DNA from: a virus
Taxonomy: Duplodnaviria; Caudoviricetes
Reading direction: 5' to 3' (one strand)
IMG/VR virus record: IMGVR_UViG_3300024999_000122
Coordinates: 1 to 57,004 of that record
DNA: 57,004 nucleotides
In this document: positions 19,223-26,706 of the stretch, one piece after another
How positions within the stretch are numbered: position 1 is the first letter of the stretch
How the letters are laid out: every line of letters begins with the position of its first letter
The notes under the pieces: model-generated
The model's input: only the letters and a program-made list of their open reading frames with translations
What the model was told of the DNA's origin: nothing
Database searches by the model: none
Program-made: the position numbers and the translations under genes

Positions 19223-19533
19223 ACGACCAACTACTAAGGGAGTTTGTGGACCTGGTAAAGGTAGCGGGCAGGGGTACCTTACACCCTGCCCAGGCAGCCA
19301 CGGCAGAAAAACTAGAGCAGGAAATACTTAGGCGTATGGCCTACAAAGTAGAACCCCACGAAGTAAGCCTACGTGTGTACCATATGCGGCACGCTGAACG
19401 ACGTATAGGGGAAATAAGCCTGAGTATAGCTGGCCTGGACAAGAGAATAGCCAAGGAGTACGACGACCTGGTACATGAGATACGACGGCTAGAACACGAA
19501 ATGACCAAGATACTAGAAGGAGGTAAAAGGTAA
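19216..19533 (+). CDS. Hypothetical protein
   Basis: RBS AAGGAGG; helical ORF. Confidence 0.6.
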   Translation: MLDDQLLREFVDLVKVAGRGTLHPAQAATAEKLEQEILRRMAYKVEPHEVSLRVYHMRHAERRIGEISLSIAGLDKRIAKEYDDLVHEIRRLEHEMTKILEGGKR

Positions 19534-19802
19534 TGGCAAAGGGTAAACCAACAAACGGTGCCCCACTTGTAAACCTTAATAGCAAGGTAACCCCAGAAAC
19601 GAAGGCCCTTATAGACGCGCTTATAGGGATAGGCAGCCCTGGTATAGGCAGCGTTCGGGAATTAATCGAAGAAGCCTTAAAGCTGCTGGAGAAGGAACGG
19701 CCCGACGACATGGCCACGGCCCGTAAATTCATGGAACTTTTAGGGTCTACGCAGGATCGGCGGAAGTACAAAGACGGCACCGCTAAAAATATTTTGCAAT
19801 AA
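19533..19802 (+). CDS. Putative ribbon-helix-helix regulator
   Basis: 'VNLNSKVTPETKALIDAL...SVRELIEEALKLL' strand-helix-helix pattern. Confidence 0.6.
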   Translation: MAKGKPTNGAPLVNLNSKVTPETKALIDALIGIGSPGIGSVRELIEEALKLLEKERPDDMATARKFMELLGSTQDRRKYKDGTAKNILQ

Positions 19803-19814
19803 AGCGGCAGACGT

Positions 19815-19844
19815 GCATATTTTAGGGTACCCAGATCATACGCT
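19815..19844 (+). promoter_or_regulatory. sigmaE-like sporulation promoter 1
   Basis: gcATA-N17-CATACGCT; fits the B. subtilis sigmaE consensus ATA-N16-18-CATAcanT. Confidence 0.6.
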
Positions 19845-19849
19845 ATAGC

Positions 19850-19937
19850 GTGAGCGCAGCTAAGCGGTAGCGACCATAAGCAAAGTATACCCAGGGCAAA
19901 AAGCCAGGCGAAGTTAAATACTTCCCTGGCTTTTTTG
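19850..19937 (+). ncRNA. Candidate small RNA (about 90 nt)
   Basis: Lies between the sigmaE-like promoter and a strong terminator; no RBS-led ORF. Confidence 0.35.
19898..19937 (+). terminator. Intrinsic terminator
   Basis: aaaaagccagg.gaagt / acttccctggcttttttg. Confidence 0.8.
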
Positions 19938-19945
19938 TCGTTTAA

Positions 19946-19975
19946 GCATAAAACGGACCCCCAACGCCATAAGAT
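19946..19975 (+). promoter_or_regulatory. sigmaE-like sporulation promoter 2 (drives 20006-24352 operon)
   Basis: gcATA-N17-CATAAGAT about 30 nt upstream of the 20006 start. Confidence 0.6.
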
Positions 19976-20005
19976 GTAATACGACTAAAGGCAGGAGGGG
20001 GTAAG

Positions 20006-20209
20006 GTGGAACGTAAGGTAGTTTATGACGTATCTTTTAAGTTACGACCAGGGCGCGACGACGATATAGCGCAGGCACTAGCCCGAATACCTACATACTT
20101 CGACCGTAGCGACGTACTGAGGGACGCCCTAAGACAATACTACAACCTAGAGGGAACCAGGCCAGAACTTCGGGTTAGCGTGTTATCCAGTATACCAGAG
20201 CGCCTATAA
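20006..20209 (+). CDS. CopG/ribbon-helix-helix regulator
   Basis: 'VSFKLRPGRDDDIAQAL..DRSDVLRDALRQYY'. Confidence 0.7.
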   Translation: MERKVVYDVSFKLRPGRDDDIAQALARIPTYFDRSDVLRDALRQYYNLEGTRPELRVSVLSSIPERL

Positions 20210-20241
20210 ATGGCGTCGCTACGACCACTAAACCCAGCAGC

Positions 20242-20316
20242 CTAGAAGTTAAAAACCGCAGGGGCACCGTAAGCCATCAACGCAATTCCTACCGCTATCT
20301 TTATCAGAGCAGCCAT
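20242..20316 (-). CDS. 24-aa hydrophobic peptide MAALIKIAVGIALMAYGAPAVFNF (not in ORF track)
   Basis: Minus-strand ATG at 20316 with AGAAAGGA RBS 10 nt upstream; single transmembrane-length helix. Confidence 0.6.
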   Translation of the reverse strand: MAALIKIAVGIALMAYGAPAVFNF

Positions 20317-20350
20317 TAGCTACACGTCCTTTCTGTTTAGGTTACGAACT

Positions 20351-20380
20351 TAGTATTAGCTAAAGCCTAGAAGTTTATAC
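20351..20380 (-). promoter_or_regulatory. sigmaF/sigmaG-like forespore promoter for the peptide
   Basis: Minus strand reads GTATA-N15-GCTAATACTA (sigmaF spacing), equivalently GTATA-N18-AATACTA (sigmaG spacing). Confidence 0.5.
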
Positions 20381-20415
20381 ACGGGGTTAGAATTTTATTT
20401 AAAGGGGGTCGTACA

Positions 20416-20871
20416 ATGTTAGTAAAAATTAATGGGATTACACGGACCTACGCCCCGCCCGTAGCCGTGGAGGTTATCGAAGTGCAGGACCTTTCTCTTA
20501 CTACCCTGGGACGTATAAAGCGCCACGTAAGACAGAACTACCGCGCTTATTTAACGGCGGGCTACACATTCGCGCTAATAGCTCACCCTAGCATAGCCTT
20601 AGCAGCTGGAAGCAGCGGTGGCATACGTCTAATACTACTAATGCAGAAAGCTAGTTTCTGGGTAGGAATGGGCGTAACCATATGGGGCATAGTAGAAGCC
20701 CAGCTAGATTACCCAGGCTGGAAAAGTCGTGTACTTAAGGGCGTACTGGGGTATATCGGTATTTTATTGGTGCCCCTGGTATTCCTGGAGCTACAGAACA
20801 GCCTACAGGTAGACGTATGGGGCCAGATCGAAGAAGCCACTAAGAAACCGTTGCCCCTCCAGCCCCAGTAA
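20416..20871 (+). CDS. Membrane protein, TrbC/VirB2 pilin-like layout
   Basis: Basic leader, cleavage-like 'HPSIALAA', then two hydrophobic helices. Confidence 0.5.
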   Translation: MLVKINGITRTYAPPVAVEVIEVQDLSLTTLGRIKRHVRQNYRAYLTAGYTFALIAHPSIALAAGSSGGIRLILLMQKASFWVGMGVTIWGIVEAQLDYPGWKSRVLKGVLGYIGILLVPLVFLELQNSLQVDVWGQIEEATKKPLPLQPQ

Positions 20872-20882
20872 GGGGCGCTACG

Positions 20883-21599
20883 ATGGTAAAGGTTACGTCT
20901 GAATTCGGGGCCATTGACAACATGCACAGTAAACCCCATAGCGGCACAGACATAGCCGTACCGAGTGGTACGCCGATAACTAGCATAGGGTACGGGGTAG
21001 TCGAAAGTACGCCAGACTTTGGGGATGAGAACATAGGTAAGGGCGTCATAGTCAAACAGGCCGACGCTACCGTAACGTATGGGCACTTTTCGGAGGTTAA
21101 AGTAGTCAAGGGGCAGCCAGTAGCCAAGGGTACAGTTCTGGGGTTATCGGGTAGCACGGGCCACAGCAGCGGGCCACATTTACATTTACAAGTAACCCAG
21201 GGCGGGAAGCTGGTAAACCCCGAAAAGTATACCCAGCTAACAGCTGCCGTAGCAGGCCCAGGAGCGCCGCAGCTGCCGAAGCCTGCCGAAGGTATAGACC
21301 TTATGGGGGCGGTAAGCCTGGGCCTGCTGGTAGTCTTAGTATTAGCGTTCGTAGGGGGTAAGCGTATGGTCTTTACGCCTATATCGGTAATAGTAATGGT
21401 AGTAGCCCTGGTATTCTTCGGCCCGTCGCTGTGGCAGGCCACGGGCGCACTGTTTAAGGCGGGCTATTTAGATGTCCCTATGATACTGGCTACGATAGGC
21501 GCCATATGGTTATGGCAATTCGGAGCCAAATTTCCGAAGCGTTTACTGTTCTGGGGCTGGTTAATATTTTGGGCATTAAGGGGGTTGGTATTCGCATGA
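20883..21599 (+). CDS. M23/LytM peptidase with C-terminal multi-pass membrane domain
   Basis: 'HSGTD' (HxxxD), 'YGH', 'GSTGHSSGPHLH' (HxH); about four hydrophobic helices at the C-terminus. Confidence 0.88.
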   Translation: MVKVTSEFGAIDNMHSKPHSGTDIAVPSGTPITSIGYGVVESTPDFGDENIGKGVIVKQADATVTYGHFSEVKVVKGQPVAKGTVLGLSGSTGHSSGPHLHLQVTQGGKLVNPEKYTQLTAAVAGPGAPQLPKPAEGIDLMGAVSLGLLVVLVLAFVGGKRMVFTPISVIVMVVALVFFGPSLWQATGALFKAGYLDVPMILATIGAIWLWQFGAKFPKRLLFWGWLIFWALRGLVFA

Positions 21600-24352
21600 T
21601 CGTAAGAATTAACGGACGGGAAGCCTGGGTAATAGTCACGGAGAAAGTAGCAGAGATTAAAACCGACGTACAGCCACAAAAAGGGCCTTCTAAGCCTTTA
21701 AACCTTAAGACGGCAGTAGAACGTATCAAAGTGGCCGTAAAAGATCAGAAACTAATAGCCTGGCGTCCAGACGACTACGTTACGTATGAACTTACCCCGA
21801 CGTCTAGCGTTAAAAATACCCAGGCTTATGTACTGGCCAAAGTAGTAGCCAGCTTCTACCGCCAGACCGAGGAACTACGGACCTGGGACTTTAGCAGGAA
21901 AACAGCGCTTTTTACCCTTGGTAAGCAATACAGAATTAACTTTAGGGTAGTATTCACGAAGGATACCATACGTTTTTACTTACTCGTACCACGGGCCAGG
22001 GCTGCCGAGATCATGCGTAAGGCCGAAAGCGTCTACCATGAGAACATAACCGTACAGGAGGTAACCGAACCGCTGCCACAGATTGACGTTACACGGGCTT
22101 ACGGGTCCGAACTGACCTACCGAAAGCACGACATATTTAGCCTGGACACGGACAGAGGAAACAGCTACCCGCTGCCCAGCCTATTAACAGCCGTAAGGAC
22201 ATTAGAGGGCGACGACCTGGCCGTATTTGACACGATGCTAGAGCCTACCGACCGTAAGGCCTGGGAGCAGGCAGCGGCCAAGGCCCATAAACAGCTGGAG
22301 AATGGCCAGATACCCAGGCACGGGCTTAAGTTACTACAGAAGGTAGACGAAGTATTTAACGCTTTACGTTGGCAGTTGCTAGAACTGGCAGCGTTTACCC
22401 CACAGCATAAACGGCAGCTTAAGCAGCGCAAGAAGGAGGAAAACAGGTACCAAGAAGTAAAAAGGATAATGGACAATATGACCACTTCCACGAAGCGAAA
22501 AGCCGCTGACGACGTATTAAACACGTGGGTACGGATAGCAGCCCACAGTGATAGTCCAGAACGGGCAAAAAGCGCGGTGAAAACTCTAGCGAACGCCTGG
22601 AAGGACTTAAGTGCTGATAACCAGGTAGACGTCGTGGCTATAACGCCGAAATGGACTGCGTTCTTTATCGAGAGCATAAACAAGCGTAGGGCCTTTAGTA
22701 TTCGTATGCGCCCCTTAAAACTATCTACCGAAGAAGCGGGAAAGTTTATGCAGCTGCCAGGCGACTACCTCATAAACGAATTCCCACAAATACAGTCTAG
22801 GAAGTTTAAAGACGTAAGCGTACCGAAGGAACTAACCCAGGACGACGTAAAAGGCATACGGGTAGGCGTCGTTACTGAACGAGGTACCCGCCAGCTGGTA
22901 AAAATGCCCCTGGAAGCCTACGAAGGGGTAAAGCTTAAAGAAGTCTACGACGCGGTATGTACTGGGACGTTTGGCCAGGGCAAGCAGGGTACTGGTAAAA
23001 CGGAAGGCTTCGGGACCGTCACGGCCTACGACATGATCGTAAACGGCTTTAGTGTCTTGGCCATAGCTACCGACGACGGCGAAGGCCTGCGGAACCTTAT
23101 AAACTCGTTACCCGAAGATTACCCAGACGACAAAATACACGCCCTAAACTTCGACAATAAAGCCTGGCCTATAGCGTGTAACTGGTCAGACATTTACGGC
23201 CGTACCTTTGCCCAAGGCGACGCAGAACTACAAGCGCTGGAAATATCCGAGCGTATAACCGACCGCTTTATACAATTCGTAAACAGCTTAAGTAATACGG
23301 GCGACTTTACCGACCGTATGGCCCAGTACGTCGTTAGCTGTATGCGTGCTATAACCAAAGTAGCAGACTGGTCATTCCTGGACCTAGAACTAGCCCTAAC
23401 ATCCCCAGCGTACCGCGCCGAACTACTCCAGCTGGAGGCGGTTAAGGAAATGCCCGAAGTGGCCCATGATTTACAGACGTTACAGGGTAGGGCAGAAGCA
23501 GGCAAAGACGGCGAAATAGTAAACCCTATCTTAAGCAGGGTAAAGGCCCTGGCTGGTACCCAGTTTATGGCTAACCTGTTTTACCAGGACCCGAAGCGAA
23601 ACGACGACGGCAGCCCCACGTTAGACCTACGGCGTATAATGGATAACCCAGAAGGCAGCTATGGCCACGTCGTCGCAATTTACGCAAGCGGGGACGCGTG
23701 GAACGATAACCAGGCTACAATACTGGGCTTTATGTTAGACAAGATCAATTTTAACGCGTTTAGCCGCGTGGACGTTTCGCAAGATCAGAGAAGGCCAGCC
23801 CTGGTATGGATAGACGAACCCCATAAGGTAATTAAGTCCATGGAAGATAAACTAGCAGGTACCGCCGTGGAATTCCGTAAGTATCGAATAAAGAACCTTT
23901 TCACGGGCCACAGTATCGACCAAATGGGGAAAGCCGCGAACAGTTTGCTAGACGGCGGTGCCCAGGTAATAAGTTACAAGACAGAGCGCCTAAGCGAGTT
24001 TACACGCTTCGCCCATAAGTTCGCCCCGTACGACGACGCGGCAGCCCTATACGAAGCCCTACCCGAAAAGTGGCGGGCTATATGCAGCCTACGTCTACCG
24101 AGCGGTAAAACGTGCCCCGCGTTCCTGGCTGATATGACACCGCCACCTGGTAAGATCAAAGACAGGGCCGAAGCCTGGCAACGATGCGCCGAAAAGTACG
24201 GCAGGCCATGGAAGGAGGTACGGGACGCGATACAGGGTAAACGTGCTAAGTACCAGGCCCTTAACTACGAATGGACAGCCGACAGGAAGGCCGAAGCCCT
24301 GGCAGCGAAAGCCGAAGAAAAGGGATTACTTAAACAGGCTAAAGCCAAGTAA
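21596..24352 (+). CDS. VirD4/TraG/HerA-like P-loop ATPase
   Basis: Walker A GKQGTGKT, Walker B VWIDEPH, 'EFRKY...GHSIDQ' motif; ATG 21596 overlaps upstream stop and follows an RBS. Confidence 0.75.
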   Translation: MIVRINGREAWVIVTEKVAEIKTDVQPQKGPSKPLNLKTAVERIKVAVKDQKLIAWRPDDYVTYELTPTSSVKNTQAYVLAKVVASFYRQTEELRTWDFSRKTALFTLGKQYRINFRVVFTKDTIRFYLLVPRARAAEIMRKAESVYHENITVQEVTEPLPQIDVTRAYGSELTYRKHDIFSLDTDRGNSYPLPSLLTAVRTLEGDDLAVFDTMLEPTDRKAWEQAAAKAHKQLENGQIPRHGLKLLQKVDEVFNALRWQLLELAAFTPQHKRQLKQRKKEENRYQEVKRIMDNMTTSTKRKAADDVLNTWVRIAAHSDSPERAKSAVKTLANAWKDLSADNQVDVVAITPKWTAFFIESINKRRAFSIRMRPLKLSTEEAGKFMQLPGDYLINEFPQIQSRKFKDVSVPKELTQDDVKGIRVGVVTERGTRQLVKMPLEAYEGVKLKEVYDAVCTGTFGQGKQGTGKTEGFGTVTAYDMIVNGFSVLAIATDDGEGLRNLINSLPEDYPDDKIHALNFDNKAWPIACNWSDIYGRTFAQGDAELQALEISERITDRFIQFVNSLSNTGDFTDRMAQYVVSCMRAITKVADWSFLDLELALTSPAYRAELLQLEAVKEMPEVAHDLQTLQGRAEAGKDGEIVNPILSRVKALAGTQFMANLFYQDPKRNDDGSPTLDLRRIMDNPEGSYGHVVAIYASGDAWNDNQATILGFMLDKINFNAFSRVDVSQDQRRPALVWIDEPHKVIKSMEDKLAGTAVEFRKYRIKNLFTGHSIDQMGKAANSLLDGGAQVISYKTERLSEFTRFAHKFAPYDDAAALYEALPEKWRAICSLRLPSGKTCPAFLADMTPPPGKIKDRAEAWQRCAEKYGRPWKEVRDAIQGKRAKYQALNYEWTADRKAEALAAKAEEKGLLKQAKAK

Positions 24353-24388
24353 ATAGTTCTTGACTTCTTTACTAATAGGCGTCAAACT
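24350..24388 (+). promoter_or_regulatory. sigmaA-like promoter sharing TTGACTTCTTTA with the 17647 promoter
   Basis: TTGACT(24360)-N17-CAAACT. Confidence 0.5.
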
Positions 24389-24420
24389 AGGACTATAAGA
24401 AATTTAAGGGGGTATAACCT

Positions 24421-24666
24421 ATGCGCGTATTGATTTTAAAGGGTTGTTACAAGGGGCGCCAAGCGGAAGTAATCGATGAAGGTACTTTTAACGTATTCGG
24501 TAGACAGATCACGGGTATCAAGGTAGACGCGGGATTAGCAGGGCCTTTAGTTTTACAGAAAGACGACTACGAGGAAACAGTGCCCGTAGAAGTAGACCCT
24601 AGATTAGTTGAGTTGTGTATTCCATGGGATAAAGAAGAGGGGGAATATAACGCGTTGCATATGTGA
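24421..24666 (+). CDS. Hypothetical protein with KOW/SH3-like start
   Basis: 'VLILKGCYKGRQAEVID'; own promoter and terminator. Confidence 0.6.
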   Translation: MRVLILKGCYKGRQAEVIDEGTFNVFGRQITGIKVDAGLAGPLVLQKDDYEETVPVEVDPRLVELCIPWDKEEGEYNALHM

Positions 24667-24703
24667 ATGTAGTAACCTAGTAGTAAAATAAGTCGAAACA
24701 AGT

Positions 24704-24729
24704 AAAGGACCCCCAGCGGGTCCTTTTTT
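24704..24729 (+). terminator. Intrinsic terminator
   Basis: aaaggaccc / gggtcctttttt. Confidence 0.8.
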
Positions 24730-24741
24730 ATATTTGAACGC

Positions 24742-24823
24742 AAAAAGGACCCAGGGGGCGCCTGGGTACCAAGTAAATAGGGTATATCGTAATACCACGC
24801 CGAAAGACGAATAACCGCGTAGC
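24742..24823 (-). ncRNA. Candidate minus-strand small RNA (about 80 nt)
   Basis: Minus-strand TTTACA(24858-24853)-N17-TAAACT(24835-24830) promoter and minus-strand terminator acccagg/cctgggtccttttt ending at 24742. Confidence 0.5.
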
Positions 24824-24907
24824 ATCTTTAGTTTAAGGGGATACGTCGCGAATGTAAACATACAAATAATGGAAATAAAAGAAACGCGGCGTAAGGTGAA
24901 AAAGTTA

Positions 24908-24950
24908 TTGACTAATGGAAAATAAGCCCCTATAATAGAAAATAGCCGCG
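24908..24950 (+). promoter_or_regulatory. Strong sigmaA promoter with tandem GAAAATA boxes
   Basis: TTGACT-N17-TATAAT; boxes at 24918 and 24938. Confidence 0.85.
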
Positions 24951-24991
24951 AATACACGCGAGTAAGCGAAAAAAGAAAGGGGGCGGCGAGA

Positions 24992-25117
24992 ATGAAAGCG
25001 GGCATGTTAGTGATAAGGGGCAAGTCTAACGACGTGACTAAACAGCTTAAGGAAATGAAGCCCGAAGACTTCGAAGCGTTAAAGCGCCAGGTACTTACCA
25101 GAAAGGGGCTACAGTAA
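24992..25117 (+). CDS. 41-aa peptide MKAGMLVIRGKSNDVTKQLKEMKPEDFEALKRQVLTRKGLQ (not in ORF track)
   Basis: RBS AAAGGGGG; TAATG overlap with the next gene. Confidence 0.65.
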   Translation: MKAGMLVIRGKSNDVTKQLKEMKPEDFEALKRQVLTRKGLQ

Positions 25118-26694
25118 TGGCCAAGATCGAATACGTTAAAGCCTGGGGCTTATGGTCGCACTTCGAAAGCTACTTTATGCTAAGCCCAAGCCTGACCGTA
25201 GTAACTGGACCCAACGGCAGCGGTAAAAGTAGCCTACTAAGAATCATTAAATGGGTAGCCCTGGGCGAACCAAGCGGGGAAAATTTCATTTTTAAGGTAG
25301 AGGACGAAGACACGAAGGAGGTACTAAAACAGTCCGAAGAAGGACGCGCAGAGATAGGCCTAGACAATGGGGTAGTCATTACCAAGACCAGGCGTAAAGG
25401 TAAGACGACGCACACTATTAGCACGATAGCGGAACCGTTCGAAAAGGCAGAGGTACCCCAGGAGATTAAGGACGCGCTGGGTATCACTAAATACAAGTTC
25501 GGGGACTTCGAAACTTATCTAAACTTCGCCTTCCAGCTGGAAGCGCCGTTTTTACTTTCAGAAAGCCCCAGCGTAGGCGCTAAGGTACTGGGAAAACTAG
25601 CTGGAACCGAAGCGGTGGACCTGGCTATAGGCGAAGCTACCAAGAGGACAAGCAGGACCCAGAAGCTTATTTCTACGGCTAAAAAGGACGTCGTACGGAT
25701 TAACGGCGACTTACTAGAATACCAGGACCTAGACGACCTACAGCAGCAGCTTAAGGCCTGCGAATTCCTTGTAGAAGAACTGGACAATAACGCCAGCAAG
25801 CGCCAGACGTTAGCCGAACTTACGAACCTACTGATACGTTCCAGGGATAGCCTGGAAACCTTGGAAACCGAGCTAGTGAAACTGGCTATAGTCCCAGACC
25901 TGGCGCTAGACCTAAAGAACATTGACCAGGCCCAGCAACGGTACGACGACCTACTAAGTCTATATGGGCAGCTTGACAGCAGCATACAGACCATAGACGA
26001 CCTTGCCGCCCAGCTGGTTAACTTTGAAGGGCTAAACGTCGCCGCGTTACTAATGGACAGCCTAGACGCCATTGAACGACGCCTAAGCACTATTCAAAGT
26101 TTATCCACGGAATTAATAAGTTACACGCAGGCCATTAAGGAAGCCGAGGACTTCCTGGAAACGACGAAGGGCCTGGACGTTGCCGCCTTACTCGTAGACA
26201 GTGCAGAAACTACCGACAGACGCCTAACCACTATTACCAAGTTATCCACTGACCTACTAAGTTATAAGCAGGCCATTAAGGAAGCCGACGACTTTTTACA
26301 GACTACCAAAGACCTGGACGTAGCAGCCGACAACCTGGGACACGTTGAAAAGCACGCCGCACGTATGGACAAGCTGCGGAACCTTTACGGAGAACATACC
26401 ATAGCCAGCAGCCAGGTAACGCGGCTTACGAAGGACATTACGGGCCTGGAAGGGGTAAAGGAAGCCGCCGACCTAGTTACGGCAGCAGGGCTAAGCATAG
26501 GACGCCTGGACACGCTTAGGCAGCTGGGGAGGGAATACACGGTAAAGGCTGACACGGTAATTAGTTCGGTAGCCGAGCTAGGGGCAGCCGTAAAAGCGCA
26601 AGGGTACGCCGAAGACGAACTAAGTAAAGCCTGGGAAGCGGCGGGGGGTAAATGCCCGCTATGTGACCAGGCAGTAGATACTCATAGCCATTAA
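25117..26694 (+). CDS. SbcC/Rad50-like ATPase, N-terminal half ending at the zinc hook
   Basis: Walker A 'GPNGSGKSS', Q-loop 'FAFQ', long coiled coil, terminal CPLC; no Walker B. Confidence 0.85.
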   Translation: MAKIEYVKAWGLWSHFESYFMLSPSLTVVTGPNGSGKSSLLRIIKWVALGEPSGENFIFKVEDEDTKEVLKQSEEGRAEIGLDNGVVITKTRRKGKTTHTISTIAEPFEKAEVPQEIKDALGITKYKFGDFETYLNFAFQLEAPFLLSESPSVGAKVLGKLAGTEAVDLAIGEATKRTSRTQKLISTAKKDVVRINGDLLEYQDLDDLQQQLKACEFLVEELDNNASKRQTLAELTNLLIRSRDSLETLETELVKLAIVPDLALDLKNIDQAQQRYDDLLSLYGQLDSSIQTIDDLAAQLVNFEGLNVAALLMDSLDAIERRLSTIQSLSTELISYTQAIKEAEDFLETTKGLDVAALLVDSAETTDRRLTTITKLSTDLLSYKQAIKEADDFLQTTKDLDVAADNLGHVEKHAARMDKLRNLYGEHTIASSQVTRLTKDITGLEGVKEAADLVTAAGLSIGRLDTLRQLGREYTVKADTVISSVAELGAAVKAQGYAEDELSKAWEAAGGKCPLCDQAVDTHSH

Positions 26695-26706
26695 GGAGGG
26701 TACAAC

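Noticed and set aside
20416-24352. Integrated conjugative element or complete T4SS
   Set aside because: No relaxase, no VirB4/VirB6-like set and no flanking att repeats; sequence style matches the rest of the phage.
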